A stretch of 64,000 bases of DNA from an uncultured Methanomicrobiales archaeon (GCA_963758915.1 CAVWXH010000010.1:32001-96000), one strand, 5' to 3'. Positions 42,518 to 53,818 are shown, counted from the first letter of the stretch. Notes: generated by a model from the sequence alone, not told the origin. Numbers and translations: made by a program.

Positions 42518-43788
42518 TAATAACCCGTCCTGTATCGTAATATGGCGGCAATGCCACCAAAAGCCGTAAAAAGAATTGAACCTTCTTCAAAATCGTCAGA
42601 TATTATTTCCACCTTTGCACTGCTCTGGTCGGCAATTTTCGTCAGCTCATCGATGATATCCACCTCTTCATCAAGGACCAGCGGAGCGGTGCAATTCGGG
42701 CAGTTACCCAATTCAAGGTCTTTAACGGTTTTTCCCGCCTGTAGTACTACCGTGTAGTTTTTGGTATAGCCACAACCCGGACACCTGATTGTTAACCTGG
42801 ATTTCCGGAGACTGGCTGAGAGCAGGAGTATTTCAACGGCGCCGAGTTCAAGGTTTTTCCTGATATTCTCCTCACCGTACGAAGCAGCCCCGTTATCCTT
42901 TACCAGCTCTTTCAGGAACCGCTGCATTACTGCCTTTTCCTTCACCACGGTCATTCCCTTGAGTGCGTCTTCTGCGGCATCGACCAGTTCGTCAAGACCG
43001 CTTTCATTGGTGTAGGCCACATCAAAAATACCGATGATACGTTTCTGGATCTCGTGGTGGAGGAAATTGCCCGCCTCAAATTCTTCCTTTGTCGGGCTTG
43101 GCCCACCTATCAGGACGCCCTTGAACCTCTCAAAAAAGTCTTTTTCTGCAAGGAAAATTGCACTTGAGCGTTCACCTATTTTTGTATAAAACTCGTTAAT
43201 TGCGATCTCCCTGAGCCGCCCGAACCGGGCTGCCGACTGGCCGCCTTTTCGCTGTTTTCCGGGGACTGTGGACGTGACGCCTCCAATCGGTTCGATATGG
43301 TTACCGCGGAGAAAACCCCAGTATGCTTCCCTGCGGTCCAGGACCAGGAGGCCATAGACGCTCTTTTCCTCAAGCATCTGCCGTAGCGGCTCGAGCTCGA
43401 ACTGTGAGCTGCACCGGTACATATAGAGATGGAGCGGCTCCGGGGGCTCGATAATGGTGCACTCCAGGTCGCTGCGATCACCACCGAGCAGGATTGTACC
43501 GCAGAGGACTGCAAGACCGTTTGCGGGCGGTCTTTTATAGTATTTCAGGCGGGAAAGGATTGAAGAGATGGCGCTCTGGACATTAACTTTCGTCTGTTTG
43601 CTCTTGATATTCGCACACTGGCCGAATTCGTCCTTGAGCTGGTTAGTCACATCATAGATCTGCTTGTCAGGGGGGATGTAGATCGTAATAAGTTCTGTCC
43701 CGCTCCCCTGCTTCGCTTCAAGCTTCTCAAGCGTCTTTTTAAATTCGTAGCGGCGTCGCGCCTCGTCCATCTCTTCAACTTCAGCCAT
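42517..43788 (-). CDS. prf1: peptide chain release factor aRF1
   Basis: NIKS, YxC, GGQS. Confidence 0.97.
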   Translation of the reverse strand: MAEVEEMDEARRRYEFKKTLEKLEAKQGSGTELITIYIPPDKQIYDVTNQLKDEFGQCANIKSKQTKVNVQSAISSILSRLKYYKRPPANGLAVLCGTILLGGDRSDLECTIIEPPEPLHLYMYRCSSQFELEPLRQMLEEKSVYGLLVLDRREAYWGFLRGNHIEPIGGVTSTVPGKQRKGGQSAARFGRLREIAINEFYTKIGERSSAIFLAEKDFFERFKGVLIGGPSPTKEEFEAGNFLHHEIQKRIIGIFDVAYTNESGLDELVDAAEDALKGMTVVKEKAVMQRFLKELVKDNGAASYGEENIRKNLELGAVEILLLSASLRKSRLTIRCPGCGYTKNYTVVLQAGKTVKDLELGNCPNCTAPLVLDEEVDIIDELTKIADQSSAKVEIISDDFEEGSILFTAFGGIAAILRYRTGY

Positions 43789-43829
43789 ACAGGAACTCCC
43801 GGTACCGGGTCATTATCTATTTCACGCCT

Positions 43830-44732
43830 TCAGCCATAAATTTGAGTATACTCAGCTATCAGTACCTGGTCGACCTCACCATTGACCCCGTGTGTCCCGT
43901 TGAATGAGAAGAACTCCTTTGGCTCTTTTGCAAGGTCAAACAGTTTCCTACCATCGCTGAATGGTATAACCGGATCATCCGGTGCGTGGAACAGGAATAC
44001 CTGTCTTGGGGAAATTCCCCCGATATAGACGTCAGGGTCGATAGAGAGGAGGAATTTTCTTGCGGCCTCTGTGTAACTCGGGTTGTTCCCGGCCCTACCG
44101 AATCCCGATGTCGATATCCCAACGTACCCTGCGAAACCAGGGTCGATTGCGCTGGCAACCGCAGCATACCTGCCCCCGTTACTCTCCCCTGATGCATAGA
44201 CCGGTACACTGTACCGCGATGTGAGGTACTGCTGTGCATTGATCATATCGCACACGGTATCATAGTATTCAGGGGTCCCGCCCTTCTGGTACAGGTCGAA
44301 ATCTTTCTCAAAATCCAATGGATAACCCGGGGTTTCACCCCCGTTTCCCCTGATGTCGAGGACGAGGTAGGCATAACCGTTTTGTGCATAGGAAACGGCC
44401 CTCCCTTCATGCCCCTCTTTTTTGTTCCCCGCACCGGGTGCATGCACAAACGCGGCCTTGGGACGTGCACCCTCCGGTGCTGCCAGCAGGCCGAATACAT
44501 CCCCGTGGGGTGTATGGAATACCAGCCGGCTTACGGTTACATCGGCCCCTGTTGAAAGGGCGGTCTCCGTGACCTGGACCGGTGGACACTGGACGGATAA
44601 TATACCTGAAGAATTCACAGCATACGTCCGGCCCGCCGGGGGCGTCCCGGTACAGCCTGCCAGCAGGACCGATACAATGGCCAGGATTCCAAGCCACGCA
44701 ATCCAGCGATATCGTTTCATAACCGGGCGCAT
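43830..44732 (-). CDS. lipoprotein alpha/beta hydrolase
   Basis: Lipobox LLAGC, GESNGG nucleophile elbow, DPVIP, terminal His. Confidence 0.85.
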   Translation of the reverse strand: MRPVMKRYRWIAWLGILAIVSVLLAGCTGTPPAGRTYAVNSSGILSVQCPPVQVTETALSTGADVTVSRLVFHTPHGDVFGLLAAPEGARPKAAFVHAPGAGNKKEGHEGRAVSYAQNGYAYLVLDIRGNGGETPGYPLDFEKDFDLYQKGGTPEYYDTVCDMINAQQYLTSRYSVPVYASGESNGGRYAAVASAIDPGFAGYVGISTSGFGRAGNNPSYTEAARKFLLSIDPDVYIGGISPRQVFLFHAPDDPVIPFSDGRKLFDLAKEPKEFFSFNGTHGVNGEVDQVLIAEYTQIYG

Positions 44733-44733
44733 T

Positions 44734-45234
44734 TTACCCCCAGAGGCAGCGGTAGACGACACTGATGGTTTTTGCATCCGAAACCCGGCCATCGAGACAC
44801 ATCTGCTCCAGTTCCCGGCCCGTTACCGTTACCAGCTCGATCAACTCGTCCTCGTCTTTTTCGAAGGCATCAGATGGCGAAAGGTTCCTGGCCTCAAAGA
44901 GGTGGAGTTTTTCATCCGAAAAACCCGGTGTAGTATAGATCCACCCTTTTTCAACCATATCTCCTGCCTGGCAGCCCGTCTCTTCGATGAGTTCCCTGTG
45001 TGCGGTCTCAACCGGAGATTCTCCTTCCTCCAGTTTTCCGGCAGGTGCTTCGAGAATGTAAGTGCCAACTGCAAACCGGTATTGCCGGATCAGGTGCCAG
45101 CACGTATCCCCGCATTTCGGGAGGACGACCACGGCATCCCCGGGGTGGGCTATGACACCCTCTTTCTTTCGCCCATCCGGGAGCGTGTACTCCACACGTT
45201 CAATTACAAGGCGTTTACTCCGGAACAGTTCCAT
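44734..45234 (-). CDS. NUDIX hydrolase (ADP-ribose pyrophosphatase-like)
   Basis: PAGKLEEGE...AHRELIEETG, TPGFS, DAKT. Confidence 0.92.
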   Translation of the reverse strand: MELFRSKRLVIERVEYTLPDGRKKEGVIAHPGDAVVVLPKCGDTCWHLIRQYRFAVGTYILEAPAGKLEEGESPVETAHRELIEETGCQAGDMVEKGWIYTTPGFSDEKLHLFEARNLSPSDAFEKDEDELIELVTVTGRELEQMCLDGRVSDAKTISVVYRCLWG

Positions 45235-45237
45235 TGT

Positions 45238-45906
45238 TCACTCCTTTGCGTAGGGAATTGGGTCCCGGACTCCCGCAGACCGAAAGGCCTCTTTTCTGAA
45301 ATGGCAGGAACCGCATACCCCGCATGCCATGTCTTCCCGCTGGTAACAGGACCAGGTATGCTGGTAAGGAACACCGAGAGTGAGGCCCCGTTCAAGGATA
45401 TCCGTTTTTGTCATCGAGATAAACGGGGTCAGCAGTTTAATATGGGTGTCATCCCTGGTACCGGTATCGACCACCTTCTGGAATGCCTCAATAAACTGTG
45501 GCCGGCAGTCCGGGTAGCCGCTGTAGTCCAGCGACTGGACACCGATAAAGATTGTATCGGCCTTCCGTGATTCGGCAAAGCTTGTGGCAATGGAAAGGAG
45601 GTTTGCGTTCCGGAACGGGACGTAGGTATTGGGGATTCCAGCGCGGGACTCATCGAATTCTTCAACCTCTATTGAACGGTCTGTAAGGCTCGAATCCCCG
45701 AACTGGGAAAGGTAACCGAGACTGACCTCGATAAATTCCTTTGCGTCCAGCAGTTTTGCAATAGTTTTCGCCGACTGGAGCTCACGCCGCTCAGTCCTCT
45801 GGCCATAATTCACGTGCAGTGCGTAGATCTCATAACCCTGGTCTTTTGCGACGTATGCGAGCGTGCTGGAGTCCATTCCGCCCGATAACAGGCATATTGC
45901 TTTCAT
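45238..45906 (-). CDS. queC: 7-cyano-7-deazaguanine synthase
   Basis: SGGMDS, VPFRN, YPDCR, SCY-CGVCGSC. Confidence 0.96.
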   Translation of the reverse strand: MKAICLLSGGMDSSTLAYVAKDQGYEIYALHVNYGQRTERRELQSAKTIAKLLDAKEFIEVSLGYLSQFGDSSLTDRSIEVEEFDESRAGIPNTYVPFRNANLLSIATSFAESRKADTIFIGVQSLDYSGYPDCRPQFIEAFQKVVDTGTRDDTHIKLLTPFISMTKTDILERGLTLGVPYQHTWSCYQREDMACGVCGSCHFRKEAFRSAGVRDPIPYAKE

Positions 45907-46514
45907 TAGCGGACACCGATTATTTTATGGAGCTGTACCTGGAACCTGACCGGCAGGTTGTTATCAAGTACATAGCATGCCAGTTCATGGTAGTCTGACC
46001 CTGCCACGGGTGAGAAAAAGATCTCTCCCCTGATCGGGTGTTGCTGGATTACCTCTGACGCATATTGGCAGTCTTCCCGGTCACCGACTACAAATTTCAC
46101 GCTATCCCCGGAGGTGATTTTTCTGAGGAGTGAAAGATCGCTCTGTTCCCCTGAAGACGGGCACTTGACATCCATGCAGATGGTGGCATTATCCTGGACC
46201 TGTCCGAAATCGATTGTACCATTGGTTTCGATCTCAATTGAATATCCAAGCCTGCTGAGACGGGAGAGCAGTACGCGGAGTTCTGATACCTGGAGAAGCG
46301 GCTCCCCGCCGGTAATACATATTTCCCTGCAACCGGACCCCTCCACTCTCTTAATGATCTCATCATTATCGATCTCCTGTCCACCCTCGTGTGAATGCGG
46401 TGTATCACACCATCTGCAATCCAGGTTGCACCCGGCGAGCCGGACGAACACAGCGGGTTTTCCCTGGTTACGTCCCTCTCCCTGGATACTTTTAAAAATT
46501 TCAACCAGTTTCAT
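45906..46514 (-). CDS. queE: 7-carboxy-7-deazaguanine synthase
   Basis: [29 protein letters not shown]. Confidence 0.95.
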   Translation of the reverse strand: MKLVEIFKSIQGEGRNQGKPAVFVRLAGCNLDCRWCDTPHSHEGGQEIDNDEIIKRVEGSGCREICITGGEPLLQVSELRVLLSRLSRLGYSIEIETNGTIDFGQVQDNATICMDVKCPSSGEQSDLSLLRKITSGDSVKFVVGDREDCQYASEVIQQHPIRGEIFFSPVAGSDYHELACYVLDNNLPVRFQVQLHKIIGVR

Positions 46515-46915
46515 TCTGTAATCTCTGCAAAACAGGTGGGGGATTCCCAGACCCTGATTTTTTCAACAACGGCGTCGAGACCTGCTGTTGTACACTCGGT
46601 ATTAATACGCACCCTGATGATATCTGCAAGCAGCTCGCTGGTCGGGTCTCCAGGTGTCCTGATGACCGGCTGGAACTGTTCAAGGCACTCGACCATCGGG
46701 TCCTGTTCGTTGAGGATCACCTGGTGATCATAGTATTCTATCGTCTCACGGATCCGATTATAGTCCACAAGGATCCCGGTGACCTTGTCGATGGAACCCC
46801 TGACCCAGACTTCCACCTTCCATCGGTGACCATGAAGGTTTGCACATTTGCCGTTATAATGGAGCAAACGATGACTTGCATCGAAATATGCGTTCTTGTA
46901 AATCCGGGAAATCAT
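46511..46915 (-). CDS. queD: 6-carboxytetrahydropterin synthase
   Basis: FDASH, CANLHGH, DH, PTSE, WES; start at ATG 46915. Confidence 0.93.
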   Translation of the reverse strand: MISRIYKNAYFDASHRLLHYNGKCANLHGHRWKVEVWVRGSIDKVTGILVDYNRIRETIEYYDHQVILNEQDPMVECLEQFQPVIRTPGDPTSELLADIIRVRINTECTTAGLDAVVEKIRVWESPTCFAEITE

Positions 46916-47081
46916 TGTAAGAATTATGCGGGACGGGGATATAATATTATTATCAATAGAGACTAACACATACAGGCAAGCGAGAGCAATTGCACAATAT
47001 ATAAATTTGTTCCGCGCGTTTGTATTATATCTCAGCGAGATACATATGCATCCATAAAAAACAGATTTACGAGGGTATTTA

Positions 47082-47510
47082 ATGGGACAGGGTAAATTTG
47101 CAGCGAGAAAACTCACTCGCGACTCAAAAAAATTCAGGTGGAGTGATCCCACCTATGCACGGCGTCAGGACCAGCTGGACCTCAAATCCGACCCATTAGA
47201 GGGTGCGCCTCAGGGGCGCGGGATTGTCCTCGAGAAGATTGGAGTTGAGGCCAAGCAGCCGAACTCCGCGATCCGGAAATGTGTCCGTGTCCAGCTCATC
47301 AAGAACGGGCGTCAGGTCACTGCTTTTGCAGTGGGCGATGGTGCAATCAACTTTATCGATGAGCACGACGAAGTCGAGATTGAGGGAATTGGTGGCAGGC
47401 TCGGGCGTTCCATGGGAGATATCCCTGGTGTCCGGTATGTCGTTACCAAGGTCAATAACGTCTGCCTCCATGAAATGGTAATTGGCAGGAAGGAGAAACC
47501 ACGCAGGTGA
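47082..47510 (+). CDS. rps12: 30S ribosomal protein S12
   Basis: [18 protein letters not shown]. Confidence 0.98.
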   Translation: MGQGKFAARKLTRDSKKFRWSDPTYARRQDQLDLKSDPLEGAPQGRGIVLEKIGVEAKQPNSAIRKCVRVQLIKNGRQVTAFAVGDGAINFIDEHDEVEIEGIGGRLGRSMGDIPGVRYVVTKVNNVCLHEMVIGRKEKPRR

Positions 47511-47515
47511 TTTTT

Positions 47516-48103
47516 GTGGCAGAAAACGAGAAAAAAGAGACGAAGAAACTGCTCTTTAACCAGTGGGATATGAGCGAAGTCCAGATTAATGACCCTGCCC
47601 TTGTGCGGTATATCAACCTCCACTCCATGATTGTACCCCATTCATGTGGGAAATTTACCCGCCAGGAGTTCAACAAGGCAAATATGCTGATTGTTGAGCG
47701 CCTGATCAACCGGCTCATGAAGTCATCGAAGAATACAGGAAAAAAGACCCTTGCGATCCGGATTGTTACGGATGCATTTGATATCATCAATAAGAAGACC
47801 AAAAAGAACCCGGTCCAGGTACTCGTGGAAGCAGTAACAAATACCGGCCAGAGGGAAGAAACGGTACGGCTTAAATATGGTGGTATCAATGTCCCGAAAT
47901 CAGTCGATACTGCACCCCTCCGCCGTGTCAATACATCAATGTTCTTCATATCAGAAGCGGTCTACAAGAGCTCCCAGAAGAGCAAAAAATCAGCTAGTGC
48001 GGCTCTTGCAGATGAACTGATCGCGGCATCAAAGGGCGATGTAAAGACATATTCTGTGAACAAAAAGGAAGAACGTGAACGGATAGCAAAGTCCGCACGT
48101 TAA
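47516..48103 (+). CDS. rps7: 30S ribosomal protein S7
   Basis: IVERLIN, NPVQVL, ERIAKSAR. Confidence 0.97.
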   Translation: MAENEKKETKKLLFNQWDMSEVQINDPALVRYINLHSMIVPHSCGKFTRQEFNKANMLIVERLINRLMKSSKNTGKKTLAIRIVTDAFDIINKKTKKNPVQVLVEAVTNTGQREETVRLKYGGINVPKSVDTAPLRRVNTSMFFISEAVYKSSQKSKKSASAALADELIAASKGDVKTYSVNKKEERERIAKSAR

Positions 48104-48136
48104 TTATTACAATCTCTTTTTCAAAGGTGTTTTTCA

Positions 48137-50329
48137 ATGGCTCGTGGCAAAAAAATGGTTGAGCGCGTAATGGAGCTCATGACTGAACCGGTCCACATCC
48201 GGAATATCGGTATCGTAGCACATATTGACCATGGCAAAACGACCCTTTCTGATAACCTGCTTGCAGGGGCAGGCATTATCAGCGAGGAACTTGCCGGCAA
48301 ACAACTCTTCATGGATTCCGACGAGGAAGAGCAGGCACGTGGAATTACCATCGATGCAAGCAACGTCTCGATGGTCCACGAATACAATGGTCAGGAGTAC
48401 CTGATCAATATGATCGATACCCCCGGACACGTGGACTTCGGTGGCGACGTTACCCGGGCCATGCGGGCTGTTGACGGGGCAGTTGTCCTTGTCGATGCAG
48501 TTGAAGGGACGATGCCCCAGACCGAGACCGTTCTTCGTCAGGCATTAAAGGAACAGGTCCGTCCCATCCTGTTTATCAATAAAGTCGACCGGCTGATCAA
48601 TGAACTCAAGGTGGATGAGATGGAGATGCAGATCCGCCTTGGTAAGGTTATTGACAAGGTTAACAAGCTTATCAAGGGCATGAACGAGGAGAGCTACAAC
48701 AACGGCTGGAAACTGGATGCATCAAAGGGGACCGTAGCATTCGGTTCAGCATTGTATAACTGGGCCGTATCGGCGCCCTACATGAAAAAGAGTGGTGTCT
48801 CGTTCAAAGATGTATATGACAAGTGTAAGGCCGGGGATATGAAGAGCCTTGCTCAGAGCAGCCCGCTCTCTGAAGTATTACTTGACATGGTTGTCACGCA
48901 CCTGCCAAACCCGAAAGATGCACAGAAGCGTCGTATCGGTGTGATCTGGCATGGTGACAAGGAGAGTCCCGAAGGGAAAGCCATGCTTAACTGTGATCCA
49001 AACGGACCGGTTTCCATGATGGTCACCGACATCTCGTTCGATCCCCATGCAGGTGAAGTGGCCACCGGCAGGTTGTTCTCCGGGAAAATGAAGCGCGGCG
49101 ACGAAGTGTATGTAATGGGCACTGCCGGGAAATCGAACCGCCTCCAGCAGGTGGGTATTTTCATGGGGCCGAAGAGGGTCGAAGTGGAGGACCTTTTCTG
49201 TGGAAATATTGCAGCGGTCACGGGTCTTAAGGACGCAATAGTTGGTTCGACCGTTACCTCCCTGATGAATATCACTCCGTTCGAGTCCCTGAAACATTAC
49301 AGCGAACCGGTCATGACCGTTGCGGTAGAAGCAAAGAACATGAAGGACCTGCCGAAACTGGTTGAAGTGCTCCGGCAGGTGGGAAAAGAAGACCCGACTC
49401 TCCAGGTTGCCATTAACGAGGAGACCGGGGAGCACCTCATTGCAGGGATGGGAGAACTTCATCTCGAGATTGTCACAGGCCGGATTAAGCGTGACAAGGG
49501 TGTGGAAATTGTCACCTCGGAACCGATTGTTGTGTACCGTGAGACGGCAGTCCAGAAGGCTGGTCCGGTGGAAGGAAAATCACCGAACCGTCACAACAGG
49601 TTCTACCTTGTACTCGAACCCTTATCTGACGATGTCGTGAACCTGATCAGGAACGGGGAGGTCTCGATGAACCAGACCGCTCTAGAACGCAGGGATATCC
49701 TTGTCAAGGCCGGAATGGAAAAGGATGAGGCCAAGAGTATCAAGGACATCAAGGGTACCAACATGCTCATCGATATGACAAAAGGTATCCAGTACCTGAA
49801 TGAGACGATGGAGTTGATCATTGAAGGCCTCCACGAGGCGCTTGCAGGTGGCCCGCTTGCGGACGAACCCGTGCAGAACTTAAAAATCAGCCTTGTTGAT
49901 GTCAAGCTCCACGAGGATGCCATTCACCGCGGACCTGCACAGGTTATCCCTGCAGTCCGGAGTGCCGTGAAGGCCGGTCTTCTCCTTGCCGGGGACTCGC
50001 TCCTTGAGCCCGTCCAGAAGATCCAGATTACTGTCCCGACAGACCAGATGGGGAATGCGACGTCCCAGATCCAGGGCCGCCGCGGTACAATCTTCGATAT
50101 CATGAGTGAAGGTGACACCATTACGGTGGTTGGGAAGGCCCCGGTGGCAGAGCTGTTCGGGTTTGCCGGCGACATCCGCTCGGCAACGGAAGGTCGTGCC
50201 ATGTGGAGTACAGAATTCATCGGTTTCGAACTGGTCCCGAATAACCTGGTCAAGGAAGTAGTCCTTGGAATCAGGAAGAGAAAGGGATTGAAAGAATCAG
50301 TCCCGACACCTGCAGATTACCTCGCATGA
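48137..50329 (+). CDS. fusA: elongation factor aEF-2
   Basis: [17 protein letters not shown], diphthamide loop DAIHRG. Confidence 0.98.
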   Translation: MARGKKMVERVMELMTEPVHIRNIGIVAHIDHGKTTLSDNLLAGAGIISEELAGKQLFMDSDEEEQARGITIDASNVSMVHEYNGQEYLINMIDTPGHVDFGGDVTRAMRAVDGAVVLVDAVEGTMPQTETVLRQALKEQVRPILFINKVDRLINELKVDEMEMQIRLGKVIDKVNKLIKGMNEESYNNGWKLDASKGTVAFGSALYNWAVSAPYMKKSGVSFKDVYDKCKAGDMKSLAQSSPLSEVLLDMVVTHLPNPKDAQKRRIGVIWHGDKESPEGKAMLNCDPNGPVSMMVTDISFDPHAGEVATGRLFSGKMKRGDEVYVMGTAGKSNRLQQVGIFMGPKRVEVEDLFCGNIAAVTGLKDAIVGSTVTSLMNITPFESLKHYSEPVMTVAVEAKNMKDLPKLVEVLRQVGKEDPTLQVAINEETGEHLIAGMGELHLEIVTGRIKRDKGVEIVTSEPIVVYRETAVQKAGPVEGKSPNRHNRFYLVLEPLSDDVVNLIRNGEVSMNQTALERRDILVKAGMEKDEAKSIKDIKGTNMLIDMTKGIQYLNETMELIIEGLHEALAGGPLADEPVQNLKISLVDVKLHEDAIHRGPAQVIPAVRSAVKAGLLLAGDSLLEPVQKIQITVPTDQMGNATSQIQGRRGTIFDIMSEGDTITVVGKAPVAELFGFAGDIRSATEGRAMWSTEFIGFELVPNNLVKEVVLGIRKRKGLKESVPTPADYLA

Positions 50330-50524
50330 GGTAACCTCTCGGTTTTTTTCAGCCCCGGTTTCCAGGAATCAGCAGTTTTGCGACCTTGGATTATGGATCA
50401 CATGATTTTATTCTGCCCGTATTGAAAACAGAGGGCCAGGACAACCCGGTATGCGGGAATTGGCAAAATTTTTTATAGTTTTGCCAAGAGAGGTTAATTC
50501 TGAATCTTTAAGAAAAAAGAAAGG

Positions 50525-51097
50525 ATGAATGAAGAGGAATATATAATGTGGAAGAAGTCAGCGTTACCATTTGTAATCATTGGAATACTATGTATCGGGG
50601 TCCTCGTTGCAGGTTGTACCGGGACTGCCGGCCAGTCGAAAACCGTCCCAGCGGCGGTGTCCGGCGGGCCTTCAAAGGCACCTGAACTTGTCGTCCCGGC
50701 ATCAGTCTCCGGGTTTACCCAGGAATTGAAATACGATCATGAGCAGCCGATGTTCCAGGACGAAGAATACCTTGCGACAGGGCTGTATAAACCTGAAATT
50801 AACTCCACCTATGAAGGAAATGTGGCGTACCTTGCTGTAATTGTTGACAAATTTGTGAACAGCACTGCAGCGTCCGGGTTTTATGAAGAAATTAACGGGA
50901 CCCCGGTGACCGTATCCGGAAATTCAGGAAAATACAATTATGACCCTGATACGGGAATGGCATCGGTGGTCGTGATTCGTTCTGACTTAATCATCGGGAG
51001 TTCAGCACAGGCCCCGGAAAATATGACGTCGTTTGATGAGAAAGTCCTCCGGAATGCAGCATTATCAGGGACCGAAGCAGCTCTCCGGAACCTTTGA
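50525..51097 (+). CDS. hypothetical lipoprotein
   Basis: Signal peptide with lipobox LVAGC, several N-x-S/T sequons. Confidence 0.75.
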   Translation: MNEEEYIMWKKSALPFVIIGILCIGVLVAGCTGTAGQSKTVPAAVSGGPSKAPELVVPASVSGFTQELKYDHEQPMFQDEEYLATGLYKPEINSTYEGNVAYLAVIVDKFVNSTAASGFYEEINGTPVTVSGNSGKYNYDPDTGMASVVVIRSDLIIGSSAQAPENMTSFDEKVLRNAALSGTEAALRNL

Positions 51098-51146
51098 TCT
51101 GGATATGGAGGATATCAAGGGGCTTTCTCTCTTCCATTTCTCCTCA

Positions 51147-51549
51147 TTTTTTTTTGAAATCCTAAGTGGAATATTAAAAATTAACAGAACTGCTCAGACA
51201 GGAGGGGGTTTCACCCCCTCCCTGCCCCACTCCCGATAAGATATCCATTGGCAGGGGTCAATTGGGACATTCAAGGAAATTTTCAGAGATTAAAGAGATC
51301 ATTCCTTATCCCAACCGGGGTCGCCAAAGCGGCGGGGCATGAGCCCCGGGAGCGTGACGAAATTTTGCAATTACCAATCTCCAAGATAGATTTGAGTATG
51401 TTAACAGAGTCGGTATAACCTAATCTGAAAGATAGATTGAGAGGGTTTCCCATGTAAATGCCTGGACTGACCCCAATATAAGGAGATCTTATAGCCATTT
51501 TCAATCGTCCGGGTGTGAACCTCCCGTTCATGTGTATTTCAACAAAGCC
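51147..51549 (+). mobile_element. MITE-like dispersed repeat, copy 5 (left end decayed)
   Basis: Colinear with copy 1 from GAAATCCTA (51156); ends TTTCAACAAAGCC. Confidence 0.8.
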
Positions 51550-51622
51550 AAAAAACCCACAATTTCAAGCAGGTCGAAAGGATTATGAAAAATCCCGAAA
51601 TTCCAATGGAAAAGAAAAAAAA

Positions 51623-52493
51623 TTAGATATAGGGTATCCGGAGTCCCTTGCTGACACCGAATGTTTTCCTCTCTTCGACGGTCTTCTGGTTCTTGCCGAT
51701 CTTTTCGTTTGCCAGCTTTGTGACAAGCTCAAGACCTGGTTTCACCGAGTCGATTGCCTTCGTTTCGAAGCATCCGGCTGCGACTGACTTTGCCCAGATA
51801 TCATCTCCCTTCTTGGACCTTACAAATACCGTGCTCCAGCCATCGGGGCTGCCGACGGAACCGCAGGACACATCAGCGAGATTTGCTACGTAGTCAAGAC
51901 ATACGTGGCATCCTGGCTGCTCGTACTTGTGGGTAACCTTGAGTGGCAGTGGAACGACTGCGCCACGCTCGCTCATGAAGGTGAACTTGCCCTTGCCGAT
52001 CTCCATCTTCTTGACGGACTCGAGGCTCATTGCCGCATGGTCTTCGGCCAGCTGCACGATGCTCTGGTACGGGAAGTTCTCCATGCAGAAGATACCGATT
52101 GCGAGTGCAATCTTGTCGCTTACGTCACGGAGGCCGATTGGATATAACTGGCCTTTCCTGACTGCCTGCATCTGGCACGGTGTGCCTACGATACCGACCT
52201 TGTCAAGACCGTAGCTGCGGGTTGCTTCCTTGATGAATGAGACATTCGGGCTGATGTTATATTTCGTACCACGAGCTGCCATCAACTCTTCATACGGTGG
52301 TTGCAATCATTGGGCGTGGTTTCCATGGCAGATCGCCAGGTCCGGCTACGATTGCGCCGTCAATGATGCCCTCTTCGAGTGCATACGCAAAGAGCGTGGT
52401 AACAATACCGCCGTCCTGTGCTCCCGCGAGGATTGCCTTGTCGGTGCTTCGTGCTGAAACGCATGATTTGTATTTACCGAGTTCTGCTCCCAT
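51623..52493 (-). CDS. frhB: F420-reducing hydrogenase beta subunit, +1 frameshift near 52295
   Basis: [29 protein letters not shown] across two frames. Confidence 0.93.
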
Positions 52494-52503
52494 TTTTGTC
52501 ACC

Positions 52504-53358
52504 TCACTTCATCACCGTATCAATGAGTTCCATGATACTTTCGTATTCAGGTACCACATCGAAGCTGAACCAGCTTCTCGGGCACTGGTTGTAGCATGCG
52601 CCACACTTGATGCAGAGGTCTCTGGTCCCCTGGGGCTTCCCGAACTCATGGGTAATTGCACGGACAGGGCATGCTGCAGCGCAGCTACCGCATCCCATGC
52701 AGAGACCCTGGTTGATCACTTCGGTCATCAGGTCGCAGAAGCACGCGCTTGTTCCCTTCTGTGCCGCCATCATCAGCGGTTTAAGGTAGTTTGTTGCAAG
52801 TGCTTTCTGTTCCGGTGAACCCTTCAGCAACAGGTATGCCATAATACAGACATTCCTGATCATCTGGGGAGTCGGAGCGCATCCGGGGATATATACATCG
52901 ACCTTGATAAGGTCCCCGATTGGCAGGAATGATTCGTGCTGCGGCTGGTTTTGCTGACCGCCGCGGCAGAACCTTGTGATGTTACCATAGCTGGCGCATC
53001 CGCCAACGGCTACCACAATTGCTGCCTTTTCTCTTGTCTGTTTAATCTCTTCAACTGAAAGTTTGTCATTAATGCAGACGGAACCCTCAACAAGCGCAAC
53101 ATCCATTTTTGGGATGTGACGAACATCTGCAAGCGTCAGACCGTATACGAGGTCTGCATACTTGTCCAGAATTGTCAAGAGTCCACCGTAGTTGTCTGCT
53201 AAGGACACAAGACAGCCAGTACATCCACTCATGTGCACATGGCCCACTGTAATCTTGTCTACCACAGGCTTAACCTCCTTTTTACTTGTTTCTGCCTTTG
53301 CTACGTCAGCTGGTTTCTGCTGATCGTCTTTCTTGAAGACACTTGATAGAAGTCCCAT
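52504..53358 (-). CDS. frhG: F420-reducing hydrogenase gamma subunit
   Basis: GCTGC, GGCA, PGCAP, two CxxCxxCxxxC ferredoxin motifs. Confidence 0.95.
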   Translation of the reverse strand: MGLLSSVFKKDDQQKPADVAKAETSKKEVKPVVDKITVGHVHMSGCTGCLVSLADNYGGLLTILDKYADLVYGLTLADVRHIPKMDVALVEGSVCINDKLSVEEIKQTREKAAIVVAVGGCASYGNITRFCRGGQQNQPQHESFLPIGDLIKVDVYIPGCAPTPQMIRNVCIMAYLLLKGSPEQKALATNYLKPLMMAAQKGTSACFCDLMTEVINQGLCMGCGSCAAACPVRAITHEFGKPQGTRDLCIKCGACYNQCPRSWFSFDVVPEYESIMELIDTVMK

Positions 53359-53818
53359 AATTTACCCCTACTGTTTCTAACACTATCCGAATCGTTTTCG
53401 GAATCGCCTTTGTTATCTCATCAGAGAGCCCGATTTCAAATTCGGGGCTGGTAACACGTTTAGGCTGGCACCCGATCACCGTGATGTTAATGTCATCTTT
53501 CAGGCGATGGAGCGGTTCGGTCAGGTCCCATGAATGAGCGTCACGATACGCTCCTGGTGGCAGATCCTCCACCCTGAGTTTGGTTATTGATCCAGGTTCT
53601 GCACCGAAATCGGCAATATCGATTATTACAAGCTGCCTGGTCACTTCCGGATCAAGGAGCGTAAAAATAAAGTGCGGGCCGCCAAGGCCTGCATCTATTA
53701 TTGTCACATTGTCGGGAAGTGTAAGTTTCTGCATTTCCTCGATTACTGCCGGTCCAAATCCATCATCTGCGAACAGGGGGTTTCCACACCCTGCAATCAC
53801 GATCTCGGTGAACAACAT
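53306..53818 (-). CDS. frhD: hydrogenase maturation protease
   Basis: GNPLFADDGFG, DAG, DAH. Confidence 0.93.
   Translation of the reverse strand: MLFTEIVIAGCGNPLFADDGFGPAVIEEMQKLTLPDNVTIIDAGLGGPHFIFTLLDPEVTRQLVIIDIADFGAEPGSITKLRVEDLPPGAYRDAHSWDLTEPLHRLKDDINITVIGCQPKRVTSPEFEIGLSDEITKAIPKTIRIVLETVGVNYGTSIKCLQERRSAETS

Noticed and set aside
44422-45570. 382-aa plus-strand ORF and other long antisense ORFs (29781-30602, 56900-57718, 41783-42475)
   Set aside because: Shadow ORFs opposite well-supported genes, with no motifs
45238-46915. queCDE as a 7-deazaguanine DNA-modification (dpd) island
   Set aside because: No dpdA/tgt-like or defence genes nearby; housekeeping tRNA context fits archaeosine synthesis
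1443-51549. Repeat family as CRISPR, group II intron or TnpB omega-RNA
   Set aside because: No repeat-spacer periodicity, no intron domain V or RT, no tnpB/tnpA; the ends resemble DDE-type TIRs
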